From: Phoronis australis
Taxonomy: Eukaryota > Animalia > Phoronida
Direction: 5' to 3'
Length of the DNA stretch: 64,000 nt
Assembly: GCA_002633005.1 (NCBI GenBank)
Contig: NMRA01000206.1
Location: forward strand, 48,551 to 112,550
Every line of letters starts with the position of its first letter. The first letter of the stretch is position 1. A model generated the notes under the pieces. The model was not told where the DNA came from and made no database searches. It saw only the letters and a program-made list of their open reading frames with translations. Both the position numbers and the translations under genes were made by a program. Of this stretch, positions 38,744-52,164 are shown one piece after another.

Positions 38744-41700
38744 GTGAATTTGACCTCTGATTTACCAAATCGATATTTCTGTATTGTTGAATTCAAAGTG
38801 TCATTTTGACACTGAGTTGTTGGCAATGTTACACCCTACACCGAAGCATTCTGGGGACTTAAAACATTACTACGATTAACCGGTCTGGAATTGTTGCTGA
38901 ATGAGACGCCATTTTCAAATTCGCATATTAGGTTATTTCAAACCTTATTTGGTGAACTCTATTTTATCTCCTATAACAACACACCAGACTTTTTCAATTA
39001 ATAAAAGTATGTATTTCCTAGAAGAAAAAGGACCAGTGATTATAAAAATATGTTTTATATTTATGTGTCATTATTATTACATATACACCTTTGTTAAGTC
39101 AAAATTCCATTTTTAAGAAAATGTACGTTCATAGCAAAATAACTCCAAGTTCGATTTAATGAAACTTTTTTAAATTACCTCAAAACCGATGTTACAAGAT
39201 TTTGATTGGTCTTTTAGTTAGAAGGTTTCTATGATAAATCAACTGCAAAACGTAAATAATGTTTGTAAGAAACAGGAGTTCTATTCGTTTTTCTTACCCA
39301 GAAAGTAGACATTTATATCGAAAACCTAATAGCGTTTTTGAGATTGATGAAACATATGTTTGGAAAGATTCAGTGAAATCTCGCAGTTGTTTTCGAGAAC
39401 TCATGTTTCTAAATTAAAATTAACTCAATTTTCCGAAGCCGAGAGAAACCCAATTGAACTGTGAAATTCTAAATGTCTTCGGTCAATAAGCTGTAGTTCT
39501 GTGAAAGCTTGTTCTTTGTCAATATATCATTTACAAGTCTTAACTATGTTAGCTAATTCAACAGTCACTCACAACGTCACTTGACGGAGTGCGTAATTAA
39601 CATAATTATCGCTAAACGTTAATTCTTTCTGCCGTCCCCACCCGGGAGGTGGGATCAACCATTGACCTACTTACAAGTATGTCGTACAGTGTATGTGCAT
39701 CTAGTTGACTCAATAGTATGGTGACTTAGTGAATGGAGGATTGAGGGTACATGGATGCTCTGAACCAGGAGGGAGATTGGATTTTAGTGACAGCACTGTA
39801 ACCCATGACCTGGAATAAATATTAAAAAATTCCTGCGAGGTTTTTTGATTCCAAGGTGGCTCTGCTGTATCTTATGTATTTCGTTTTGAAGTTCCCGAGA
39901 ATGGAGATAAGGTATTTTGCTATCCATATGCGAAAAGTTGCAAAAGTGACCATTTTTATGAATAAGGTTTGAGATATCCTTTAGGCTGGTCAACTGGTAA
40001 ACATCTTTAAACTTTTTCTTCTCTAATCGAAGGTGATGTGCTATTCTTGTAGGTAACAGAAATCAAGTCTTCTTACATATGCAGTGATTTTCTGATGTGA
40101 TCGGATTTATGCGCTTGGGTACTTAACGGTGGTTAACTGTAGTCCGTCTCATCACGGAATAAAATATGCTGCAGTCTCACGCTCTGCTATCACAATTAAA
40201 CCCCACCGAATACTTGGCATTAAGTTACCGATAAGCTCATCGTCTTCGATTTCAGTAAATGTCAAGTGGACAACGGTATAAATTGGAAATTTTTAATAGA
40301 ATGGCAAAGCCCCAACGAATGTTGTTTTAAGCTCTGGCCAAAGATAATTGATAACTCTAAAAATATCGCATCGACAACTAATCCATGTAATCGTAAAATT
40401 GCCGGTTTCGATCGTTGAACCGCAAGTGTTCCTTTAATTATAGATCATACACTACAGATTCGTAAGTTTCTCTATGGAATTTCCGGAAAAAGTGCCACGC
40501 TGTTCTGATTCATAGCTCAGGCTCTGGTTAGGGAGCAGGCAGTGTTCTTGCTACCCTCTGACACAGCGCCACCTATAATGAAAAGTGGCCCTGTGGAAAC
40601 ATGATGAACGACAAAAGGAATTCCATGTGTGGGCATCAATGCGCATGCCTTGGTCGGAAGTGTACCAATCACATGGATTGTACTTGTGTGAATATGCCAC
40701 TGGATTGGGGTTTTCTCGATTTTCTTTGCTCGGATCACTGCCTGGTTTAATAAATTGCAACTATTTAAGTTAAAAGTGGTCGCCATGCTACGCAACAGTA
40801 AACTGATAGGGGTTTCCCAGATTCCAACCAATGACAATGACTCAATGTTATGACGTAGGTTTCATTACTTTGACCAATGAGAAGCCACGTTAAACAACAT
40901 TCCACAGTGCTGCCTTTCGTAGCACTGTCGGTGAAAGAGCACTGTGAAAGAGTGTACAGTGTATGTTCTTGCCGCAACAACAAACGGCGCTACTGTAAGT
41001 AACGTCGCGGCTGCTAGTTGTTTTCGCGTCCTGTGCACTAGATCACTAACCTATGACATTGTCCACGTTCTGTCGTCTCAGTTTTAACTCATTTTATAAC
41101 AACCACTATAGAAGTGGTGATACAGAGTTAAAGTGGAATGTAGAGTGTGAGTATTAGGTATACCTTATGAGCTTTCTTTGAGGCGGGATGATAGATACTG
41201 TACTTTTTCGAAATTAACTGGACAACTCAGTCTCGAGGCACATTTCCATGACTTGGGATGTGAAATGGATGACGACATTTCTGTAAATTCACTGCTTTGA
41301 AAGATGAACGTCTATTTGAGTGTCACTTCACTCTATGTAAATATTTCGGATGAAAATTTATAAGGAGGTTAACAATTTGACCCCTAAATTTTTGTGACGT
41401 AAATTAAAATCGGTTAGTTCTCGAGAGAGAATTGGTTTTTTGGTGCACAATGTATATTCAATTACAGCATGTTATTATTTGTATTTAATTGATGACAGTA
41501 ACTGGATTTATTTTTCAACTACTGTATACATTGTTTAAAACGTTCAATACCTTCTGCCGCCACTCCTCCATCACCCCCAACACAACCACTAGCATTCACA
41601 ACCAACACCTGCGACGGCCACTACAACTAACGCCGATTTTACTGGTGAATACTTTCTAATAGATAGATGTAATGGATTCCCTAAAAATACGTTTACTGAA

Positions 41701-41800
41701 CACTGCAGTCTAAGTCCCTTGTATGAATCCTACCATCCACCATCACCAACACCTGTCACTACAACCTACACCACGTGTACGTGTGTAAATTTCCTTAAAG

Positions 41801-41893
41801 ATAATGGATGTTCCAAAGGTTCATGGGGTGAACACTGCAGTCAAAATTGCCTGTGTGAATCCTGCGATCCAGACACTGGCAAATGTCCCCCAG
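41801..41893 (+). CDS. Exon: short EGF-like repeat
   Basis: cttaaAG|...ccag|GTgagt, 93 nt. NGCSKGSWGEHCSQNCLCESCDPDTGKCPP. Confidence 0.85.
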
Positions 41894-42541
41894 GTGAGTA
41901 CTTGTCAACTAAAATCACTATTGATCAGGAGTCGGTGTCCTGTTTTACTGAATGGAAATGCGCGTGTCGTAACTTAAGCCTACCCCAGACGGTGAGGGAG
42001 ATTGTCAATGCTGAGAAAAGTTGCACTTCATGCGGAAATATAGCAGCAAAATTCACACACTTTGATAAACCTCACGTTGTCGGCAGTTTTTCCTCGAGAC
42101 AAGTTTGAAATATCTTCATGTTCTCAAATAGGGCTTGAAAAAATACGGAGCACATAGTTCTTTGGGTAGTTTAGAAAGCGTACTTGTAAATACCAACACT
42201 TACATGAAGACCTTTTTTCTACATGTAACGATCTCGACTGGAGATGAGTGACTAAAATTCCCACAATAGATTTTCTTTGAATTGCGTTGTGTATATTATA
42301 AGTACTAAAAATTCTGATTGGGGGGCGTGATCTGGATGAAGTTAGTGAAGAAGTGGAATGTTTTAAGTTCACCACTTTCTGTAGTTAAAAGTGTGCCCAA
42401 AGCGCCAACGTCAGTGAGAGGGTGCATTTAATTTCTTATCAATTTTAGCCTTTTCACTCTAAATCTCGATAACGTAGTTTTAATTGCATGTACCTTACGC
42501 TCATGAAATACGAAAAATAACTGTCGCGTCTTCTCTTCCAG

Positions 42542-42902
42542 TCAATACGTGTCCACCAATGACCTTTGGTGACCAGTGCCAATACACTTGTAATTGCCTG
42601 AAGGAGAACGAGCAGTGCAACCACGTCACTGGAAACTGCACCACGGGATGCGAACAGCGACAACCTGGGCTGTGTGCGGGAGACTGCATAAAAGGGCGTT
42701 ATGGGTCTGACTGTGAAAAGAAATGCGCATGCCCTTCCGCTTGCGACAGAATAACGGGACAATGCAAGGCATGCCCAGACGGATTCTTTGGATATGGCTG
42801 CCAGTACACATGCGGGGACTGCAAGGGAAAATGTGACCCGGACTCGGGATACTGTGAGCCACAATGTAACGCCGGGTCTTATGGCCACTCCTGCAATAAC
42901 AA
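42542..42902 (+). CDS. Exon: about 3 EGF-like repeats
   Basis: cttccAG|...aacaa|GTaact (phase 2, matched by the next acceptor). NTCPPMTFGDQCQYTCNC...GSYGHSCNN. Confidence 0.9.
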
Positions 42903-43521
42903 GTAACTGCAGTTCTTTTTACATATACACGTTTTGTGTAAAATTTAAAAGTCCAAAACAGTCGTTCGTTTCACCCTGACAAAGTTGTTCACTCTCACAG
43001 CGGCGCTGCCGGTACTTTCGTCCGTTTGACGTACAGGGTACATGGGACTTCCTGGTTTGTATGCAATGCTCGTGTTCCCCCTGTAGAAATCTAGTAGTTT
43101 CAAAGTTTCTGAATACGGGGAATTAGTTGTTTCAAGTATTTTGGAATAATGCATCATGTGTTTTAAAGCAATTGCATTGCAGAACATTTAATTAGACTTA
43201 ATATACACCCGTAACTTGTTGCTGAGCAGTACAATCGCATAAGAATTTCATTTAGAAGTAAAAAGGGATAAAGTTGTTTTCCAAGTTTCTAACTCAGGGT
43301 TTTGCATATGGCAGCCTTCTTGCAAAATAACATTTAAAGACCCAATTATTAAAAAAAATATGTAGAATAACAGCAAGGGCAATTGTAAACAATCTAAATG
43401 AAGTGCTAAATTGATGTGATGTTTCAACGTTAGCCAAACTTGGTAACTTTTTAGGGTTTTACATAACACTATTGATTTTGAGCGTCTCCAGATTCCCCCA
43501 TCCCAGAATTTCAATTCCCAG

Positions 43522-44792
43522 GTGCTTTTGCGATGGCAGTAGCTGTACGAGAAACGGATACTGTGTTGACTGCTCTAAAGGTTACGGCGGCGCTTACTGC
43601 AATACCCCTTGTAAGTGCGGTCCTGGGAAAAGCTGCCGAAAAGATCTAAGTTGCGTCGGAGAATGTCCACCAGGGAAATCGGGGGAAGCGTGCAAGTTAA
43701 ACTGCAACTGCACTGGAGGCTGTGAGAAGTCGGGAAAGTGCAAAGACAGTGGTGTCTGCAAACCAGGATATTACGGCAGTTCTTGCAAGAATGAGTGTGG
43801 ATTCAAAGAGATAGACGGCTGCAAGATTCCCACCTCGACGTCCACGGAATGCAAGTACAACCGTTGGGGTACGGGATGTACGAAGTATTGCAAGTGTAAA
43901 GACGTGAGAGAAGCATGCGCACTGAATGGCCCAGGCTGTCTTTCTGGATGTAGAAACGGATGGTGTGGTCCTCAGTGCGATATCAAATGTCAGTGTATTT
44001 ATGGAACTCCTTCTTTTGTTAAACCGTGTACCTGCGAGCCGTTTTACTTCGGGTTTTACTGTAGTACCCCGTGCCAATGTCAAATGCCATGTAGTGGCCT
44101 TTTAGGTAACTGTCCTAAAAAACTATGTAACCTTAATTACTTCGGGCCAGACTGCCAGAAGAAGTGCAACTGCGAAGTGCCCTGTGACCCCGTGACAGGA
44201 AAATGTCCAGGAAATTGCATATCCGGTAAAACTGGATTAGATTGTCAGGTGGACTGCCTGTGTAAGAATTCTGAGCCATGTGACAAGGTCACGGCAAAAT
44301 GTGGCAAATGCCCTCCTGGCCGGTGGGGTCACGCTTGTCAACACGAGTGCGGGTGCAATGACTGTACGCCCGGGACCAATGTGTGCCAAAAAGGAAACTG
44401 TCCCCCGGGAAGAGTGGGTTTGCAATGCGAAAAGGTGTGTCACTGTAAGGGAACGTGCCACCCTTTGACTGCCTACTGCAACGGTGACTGTGAGGATGGT
44501 TGGTTTGATCTGGACTGTCAACGCCGTTGTCACTGCGATCGCTGCACTAAGGTTGGCGCGTGCATAGATCATGTGTGCTATAAAGGATTCTTCGGGCTTT
44601 CCTGTGACCAAAAAAGCCATTGCGCACAAAGCAATCCGCGGAATGGCGTATGCACACCCGACGTCAACTGCGACCTAGGATGGTGGGGATTGAGATGCGA
44701 TCGAAAGTGCCAAGATTGCCCGTCCGGAGTCGGCTGTCATAGATACCTTGGTATTTGCCACACAAAATGTAAAGCCGGTGACTGTACGACAG
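43522..44792 (+). CDS. Large exon: about 13 tandem EGF-like repeats
   Basis: ttcccAG|g tgc...acag|GTatg, 1271 nt inside ORF 43472..44833; repeated C..G.(Y/F/W)G..C...C.C units. Confidence 0.93.
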
Positions 44793-45439
44793 GTATGGTC
44801 ATTACCATAATGAATGAATCTGAATACAATTAATATAAATGGAAACTTACTTGTATTTGAGGTACTTTGTATCCGCAGTATTGCACGTTTTCTCAATGTG
44901 TCCACGCGCATGCAGTGCCGTAGTGGGGCGTAGGCGCAGGTAGGCACAGTCAGACACCATTTTGGCAAGTAAACCTTGCGCTTACGCACATTAAGTTTAA
45001 TTATAGTAGGGCGTAGTCGCACGTAAGAGCAGTCAAGCATCTTTTTACACCTTAACCGTAGCGTGTCACTTACTTAACTGCGAAAAGGCGAACGCACACC
45101 CTATCAGGTGAAAGTTTACTGCAAAATGAACTGTTCTTCTCTAGAGGGAGATAACTGCAAGTTTGTCTACACCCCGCCTACGCACAATAAAGGACGGTAT
45201 ACACCTCTTTCACGAACGCGGGGCGCTGCTGTCGTGTTGATCGAAAACGAGGCGCCTTGACAAACATGGCATCGTCCTGCAAGGTGTTGTGGTCAAAGGA
45301 CTTATCAACGTTACCAAAAATCAAGTTGTCTGATGTTGAATCGATCTCCAAAAAACATACCAATACTTACGGCAACTAGACTTTTACCCTCCTCAGCTAT
45401 TCCTTAGTAGTTTTCCCTCTTTTGAAAAAGTGTGGAAGT

Positions 45440-47166
45440 CAGGGATATACCCAGGCTTTTAGTCTTGAAAAACCCTGCTCGCCAGCTGGGCGAGTGCCGG
45501 AGCCAGAAAATCTACTCGCCAATCCCGAAGTTCGGTCACCCGGCTGTTGGCGCCAGTCACCACAAACTTGCTGCTAATTTAAATAAAGATCTTCGTTTCA
45601 TGCACTGATGTCACCATTTATTAGGGCTACCGTATTAGCTCTAATAAGCGCCCAGGGGGACTCTTTTTGTAGCCTACGGCAGTTAAACCTTGTCTCCGAA
45701 ACGGGTGAAATCGGAAGCTAGGATTCATCAAATTTACACACTGTGACGTATGTGTAACCTATGACAGACTAGCTACAAAACTGTGGTGCATTGCTATCAA
45801 ACTCTGTTGTTAAATTACGATCTTTTTTAAAAAATGTGCTGAAATCACAGGGCGAAAACTTGCCGACTGATGCATCGCTGCTTCGCGATCGTCGATAGGA
45901 CAACTTGAATTCTTGAGTAAAAATAGTTTCGACTCAAATAACCTGAAATCCTCCCAAATAGCCTTTTCTGAGATTCTTAAGTTCCAGTGGACTCAGTGTC
46001 GGGATTAACCGCAGATGAAGTCAAAATCTGCGCTAGATCGCACCCTGCAACGAGAAAAATCTGGACGAACACATATGTTGTTTCACGTGACGTTTGTATT
46101 GAAGTGAATCAGCTGGTGTGCACCGAATGAGCGAGCGCGTGCGTGTCATCAGTGTTCATTTGCCAGAGTAGCAGGCCCAATGAGCTGTATAATGTAGTAT
46201 ATTTATCTCATTGAGCAGGCCCACATGTTATATGTGGGCCCTAGCGCGCGCTTTTGGCCAAGTTTCGATTCGCAATTTTTATAATTTTTCGTGTACAAAA
46301 CAATCTGGATTCCTTTTGTGGGAGAAGATCTGTACGGGAAAGATACAATACCAATCCCGTTGACCTGAGTACGCTGCGTCTGTTCTGATCAGGGTCAGAC
46401 CATGTAGTGTGACACTTTCCTGGCAAGATCAGCAAATCTTTTGCGTTCTTTTTGAAGCACTGCGGAATGGCTTGAAGTGTACAATGTACAGCCACGGCTA
46501 AATACCGACATAGCGGCGAGGCTCGTGGTCTACTAGAAATTACGCGCACAATGATTTTTCAGAACTGTCGGATATTATTGGTAAATTGAATACATTTACT
46601 GTAGAATTTTAGAACTGTGAGGTAAGACATTTTTCGCACTGATATATACACATTCATGGACTGGGCGCTTATTTTAGCGAAGTCTGAAAACGAGTGGGGA
46701 CGCTTATAGGGGCATAATTTTGGCTAAAATGACATTGTGCATTACAATAAGAAATCAGTTCCAAGAAATATGGTATTTTATTTGCTATGAGCACATGGAC
46801 CGGTCTTCCACCTTTCTCCCCTTTTCTTCGTTTCGGACTAGTCCACAAATTCTTTGTGCACGACCAAACACTGTGTTTTTTTGACGAATCGCGTAACGGG
46901 TGACATGTACTGAATCGGTAGGGTCGCACTGCGCCGATGTTTTTTACTGCCGGAGCATCGACACGATGACCAAATTGAACCTTAAATTCATGATAAAAAC
47001 AGCACAAGGAGGAGGAAAATTATTCATATTCATCTGGGAAACGATATATAGTGCTTTTGCGCTCTGAAATTCGCTCGCCACCGGGCGACCGGCAAGTCAA
47101 CTTCTACTCGCCCAGCACCATTTTTACTCGCATTGGCGACTAGGCGAGTAGCTAAGTATATCCCTG
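45440..47166. mobile_element. hAT-like non-autonomous element inserted in the THAP coding sequence
   Basis: TIRs CAGGGATATAC / GTATATCCCTG; flanks ggaagt / ggaagg. Removing it restores the THAP VSF-HTF reading. Confidence 0.75.
45630..46725. mobile_element. Probable pogo/Tc1-type MITE (innermost layer)
   Basis: TA-CCGTATTAGCTCTAATAAGCGCCCAG at left; degenerate rc (CTGGGCGCTTATT..., GGGACGCTTATAGGGGCATAAT) at right. Confidence 0.5.
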
Positions 47167-48589
47167 GGAAGGATACCGACGAGATATTACTGGAATTGGT
47201 ACGTTCAGGCACGGCACAGTACACCATGGCCAGCTGATGATTACTCAAGAGGTTTTATCAGTGTGCCTCGTTTTCGATCAGTATTTATAGATGGCGCGGG
47301 AAGATGGCGCTTTCGTGAAATAGGTGAATAGTGGGGCGTAGGATTAAAGCAACAACTTGCGGTATCAATGAACCATTACGCTGACAACATTGTTGCCGAA
47401 TATTCCGACGCGATTGAATAAACGTCCTGCACAATTTATTCAGTGTTGTTTTGAACTTGGACCGGCGTTGACTTGATGAGCTGTCAGTTTGCTCTATTTT
47501 GCACATCATGATCAAAACGTGGTCGATGGGATCCGGGATAAGACCTACCCAGCACGAAGTCAGGCGTATTTGAAATCGGTTCGGACTGATTCCACAACGG
47601 CAATCAGAGAAATGCGTGAGCTCGTAAAAATTTAGGGGGCGGTTAGAGTAGACAACCTACCAAGTGACCTGAGACAACCAGACATCTGCATTAAAACTTT
47701 TCTTTGCACTCAGGACAGCTGAATGTGAACGAGGATTCAGCGAAATAAACTCTGATCGTAAAATACGATCAAGGGGCCCCGAGGACACACGAACGACTAA
47801 AAAACGCCGCCAGCATATCTTTTCTTTGTGCTACGTCACCCTTCCCATTCAGAGACTTGGAATGCACGCGGACCTTTGCCTTCCAACATGTGTGGTTGAG
47901 CCCTTTTCTGCGACATCCTAGATTCCCCACTGCACACTCTAAGTAAAATAGGTCTACATATTTGTGAGTCAGATTTTGCGAATTCAATGACTTTTAAAAT
48001 TCAGTGATCAAGGTGATACGGTTGACCTTGGGCGCCTATTTACCACCAATTTTACCACTACAGCACTGCGCGCATGTACATGTAGTTGACAACTGTGCCC
48101 TGAGTTGCCAAGCCAGTCACGCCACTGATAATATCATGGAGAATTTGAGTTTCGTTTTATGTGACTGAGTCGTACACGGTCCGATACACAGTGTATGCAT
48201 GTAGAGGCACATCGAAGCAAAAGTCAGTCACTTATCATTCTACTCCGCTATTGCTTTTGCAAATTTTAAATTAAGCTTAAGTATTCTACTTTTCGACACA
48301 CAAGTGTATCCTTTAGCGGACCTGGTTAGCGTCGTTTAGTTTCGGATTTATTTTCAACGTTATCAATATGCGTACATGTACGAACTCTCAAATTGCTGTT
48401 TGTTTTTCAAGAGAGCAATTAACTGAACAGCTATCCGTTCTTGCAAGATTTCATTGATTTTTTTCTAGTTGGTATTAATTTATTGGCCATTTTACACAAT
48501 CAGAAGCGGGCAGATATCTTGTGCTAGTTTACATTTGCTGGCAAATCAAACACTAATGGACAGTCACCAAGAGTTACCCTTTGTTGCAG

Positions 48590-50176
48590 ACTTTGCTTGC
48601 CGCCCCGATCGGTATGGTCCTAAATGTTCCCCTTGTCACTGTAAGAATCCTGGAGTTTGTTCCCCGTTAACGGGGGAATGCTCAGATGGTAACGGCTGCG
48701 CGGCTGGATGGTGGGGACCAGATTGCCAAAGCAAGTGTCATTGTCAAGGTGGCCAGGGGTGTGGCCAAACATACGGAAATTGCCCTGGTGGTGTATTGTG
48801 CGAGCGAGGGTACTTTGGACCCTCGTGTGGTTTCCGGTGTACATGCAAGGGCGGCATTTGCAATGAAACGTTTGGTAACTGCACCAGTGGATACGATTGC
48901 CCCAAAGGTCGCTACGGCCTGAACTGCAGCGATGAGTGTCACTGTGACGATTGCGACTCTTTTACGGGAAAATGTAAAACTGGGTGTCACCAGGGATTCT
49001 TTGGACCCAGATGTGAGCACAGCTGCCACTGTAAAGGGAATTGTGCCACAGATAGCAAGTGTCAGGGTGAGTGCAAGGAGGGCCGATTCGGTTACAACTG
49101 CTCGGGGTCATGCCACTGTGACTCCGCCGGTGATTGCGACAAAAGCACTGGCGTATGCTCTAAAGGTTGTGCTGCCGGTTGGTGGGGTCACAATTGCCAG
49201 AACCTCTGCAGCTGCATCAATGGCGTCTGTGACCCTGAAGACGGGCGTTGTAATATTGGTGACTGCCCACCGAACAAATTCGGTTTGCAATGTGAGAAAA
49301 GCTGCCACTGTGACTCGAAGGAGGCTTGTCCGAATCATGGTTTTTGTAAAAAATGTGACATCGATCATTACGGGCCTGACTGTCAGGTTGAGTGCCACTG
49401 CAAACAGCCCTGCCACAGGTTCTCCGGCGAGTGTCGAGGTTCGTGCAAGGACGGGTATTACGGATTCAATTGCCGTGGAGTTTGTCATTGCGCCCCAGGT
49501 GGCATCTGTAATAAGACCCATGTGGTTTGCAAGAGTGGCTGCGAGCTTGGTTACTATGGAGTATTCTGTGATCTCAAATGCGGCTGTCCGGTCTGTGATC
49601 GAAAGACTGGACTTTGTGACGTTTGTCGAAGTGGTTTCTTCGGTAAGAAGTGTGACAAGCGGTGCCAGTGCGAAAAAGGTGAAATGTGTCCACATGACGG
49701 CGTGTGCGTTAAATGTCGAAAAGGATTTTTTGGGAAGCACTGCGACAAAGATTGTGGGCGCTGTCTCAACGGTTGCGAAAGATACTCCGGTATATGCAGC
49801 GGAAGTCCAAAATGTGCAAATCGTGTTTTTGGGTTAAAATGTGAAAGCATGAGTCACTGTATTGGAGGAACTGCTCCGCCCCCTGATGGTCCGTGTGCGG
49901 CGTGCAAAGCAACGTACTACGGCAGTAGATGTTCAGAAAGGTGCCTCTATTGCGCTCCAGGGACTGCTTGTTGGCAGTACTTTGGACAGTGTTATTCCTG
50001 CCCGATCGGAAAGACAGGTCCGTTCTGTGACACGAAGTGTCCATGCGCCGAAGGCGTTGGCTGCAACCAGCAAACTCGGAGATGCTCGCATTGTCTTAAC
50101 AACGACAAGTTGATACCAACCAGCGGTTGCCCTAAAGGATGTCAACCAGGATGGAGTGGAAAAGACTGCACTGTTC
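48590..50176 (+). CDS. Large exon: about 17 tandem EGF-like repeats
   Basis: gttgcAG|...gttc|GTaagt, 1587 nt inside ORF 48469..50202. Confidence 0.93.
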
Positions 50177-50572
50177 GTAAGTTTGAACATTGCATCACCT
50201 AGCTGTACTATTTTCCATAAACAGTTGTTTGAAATGTAATATCGCAAAGTACCAACATTTATTAATTACCTGTGTATTAACACGATCGTAACGTTAAGTG
50301 GGCCGCACCTCCTTTGATGGCAAAATTTACGTCAATGAAATCCTTGACCAAAACCAGACACAAACACTCTGCTTCCAAAATAGCTACCAGACAAAGAAAT
50401 TCCTCCCCTAGTATGGATGAATAATCTCGTTTGCTTAATTTTATGTGTCGCTCTCCAACTTAGACTACTACAACTAAGTCTGCCCTAAGTTTACGTTATT
50501 CTTTGGTTACTGTAATAGTGCTCATCAGCAGAACACCTTAAGACTGTCTTCAATTTTCCTTAATCGTTCCAG

Positions 50573-50833
50573 CAACACGTTGCTCAGGCTTAGTTTTCGG
50601 CGACCGTTGTCAATATAAGTGCAACTGTTCTCACCCCTTGGAGAAATGTGACGAAGAGACCGGGAGGTGCAGTGATACTGAATGTGTTGTCCGCAAAAAA
50701 GACGGACTCTGCCTCGCGGACTGTGTTCGAGGACGTTGGGGCGAAGACTGTGAAAATCACTGCGACTGCGCTGCATATGAGTTTTGCAATAGAACCTTTG
50801 GCTGTCTGGACGAGAAGACTGATTGTGGTTTAG
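50573..50833 (+). CDS. Exon cassette A1: EGF-like repeats
   Basis: ttccAG|...ttag|GTgat, 261 nt. TRCSGLVFGDRCQYKCNCSHPLEKCDEETGRC...CLDEKTDCGL. Confidence 0.88.
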
Positions 50834-52019
50834 GTGATTCTTGAAAACCTATTGATGTGAAAAACCATGGTTACCAAATCGACTTAGTCATTATTAAGAT
50901 ATCTCTGACGACTTAATTCCTATGAATACAGCTATGTTTAGCACTACACGACAAGTACTGTGACATACATTATGTTTGTGTAAAGCTCTTAGATATACTA
51001 TATATTACAGGAAAGTACATCAGTATAAGGTATTTCACATGTAAGTTATTTCACGGCTTGTGTTCAGTACGTTTTTGCAATAAGTTTTCGTGTTCAATTT
51101 GAATTCCAATACACTTCTTCATGAAGTCGCCCCTGACAATACAGTTTTGCTCCTCTACGAAAAATTCAAGACAGGAAATCAACTTTAACCATTAGGAAAG
51201 TGTCAGGCATGCTGATCACACCAGGTCATAACAATGCAGTTGGTCTCTGACTTACACCGGGCACGTCCTCGAAAAATACCGCCAAAATTCATTCGTTATG
51301 TCACGATTAGGTGAAATATAATTTTAATGAAAGCTACGATATTCACAGAAAATTGTAACCTGAAATGATGATTTGCACAAAAAAGGTATGGGCCTATCGT
51401 AACTGACAGACTAGGGATTTTGTAGTTTCAAAAAATCTTTTTGCTTGTACTTCTCAGGTACATCAATAGGATACCAAACCCGGTTCGGGGCCTATTAGTA
51501 AAGCCTAAAACCGATTCCCATTTGAGTTTTTGGAACAAAATAAAGTTTAGTAATCCTCTACAGCCATCAAGGTTTTAAGGAAAATTTGAAAACTTACTAA
51601 GTTTGCTCAACGGGCAAGCGTAGCGAACTACACATTTAGGGAATTACACGGCAACTGTGGGAAAACACTCACAAAGGACATACACGGTACACTGCAATGT
51701 CCAATCTGTGAGTTTCAGTGTAGAGAGTACAAGTTTTTATTTAATTCCAGACTTTATCTTTCACGATTGACACCAATGATGCATTAACAGGTCATAGAAA
51801 GACGATTGGCTGAAATCATCAAAACAGGGTTTAGTATCTTTTTAACATATGTGATGTCATTTGATCATAAACCAAAAGTACGTGGCTAAAAGAAACCGGT
51901 GTGACACGAAGGAGTTATTATATGTGAGATTTTAATGCCAGGTGAAATGACTTGTCAATAAGATATTGTAGTAGTGTTTGTATATGAATGTGTGTGCTCG
52001 GTTGAGCACGCGCGCACGC

Positions 52020-52045
52020 GTGTGTGTGTGCGTGTTTGTGTGTGT

Positions 52046-52093
<48 letters not shown>
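52020..52093. repeat. (GT)n microsatellite
   Basis: Read directly from the sequence. Confidence 0.97.
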
Positions 52094-52096
<3 letters not shown>

Positions 52097-52164
52097 CGTG
52101 CGTGCATATGGCGATATGCAGTGGTGGGCAAGAGTTAATTTTGTTTTCATTGTAAATCTAACAG

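Larger units (their letters stand above)
45150..47367. mobile_element. Internally deleted TIR element with two inward-facing ORF starts (THAP on - strand; ISL2EU/Kolobok-like)
   Basis: About 110-bp imperfect TIRs (shared tatacacctctttcacgaa-like tract and exact TGATCGAAAACGAGGC). + ATG at 45266 gives MASSCKVLWSKDLSTLPKIKLSDV; - ATG at 47227 gives MVYCAVPERTNSSNISSVSF|HTFSKEGKL. Confidence 0.7.
44913..48068 (+). mobile_element. hAT transposon relic with perfect 8-bp TSD; host to nested elements
   Basis: TIRs CAGTGCCGTAGTGG / CCACTACAGCACTG; TSD CGCGCATG (44905-12, 48069-76). Transposase C-terminal relic at about 47400-47760 includes LPSDL...CIKTF and TAECERGFSEIN (hAT dimerisation motif). Confidence 0.9.

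Noticed and set aside
41550-41644. Separate mucin-like Pro/Thr exon ending at actg|gtgaat
   Set aside because: No phase-compatible acceptor and an in-frame stop; better explained as duplicated low-complexity intron sequence.
43697-49837. Long overlapping alternative-frame and antisense ORFs (e.g. 48932..49837 +, 49108..49740 -, 43697..44083 -)
   Set aside because: These are Ala/Val/Thr-rich shadow frames produced by the repeated TGY cysteine codons of the real exons; no independent motif.
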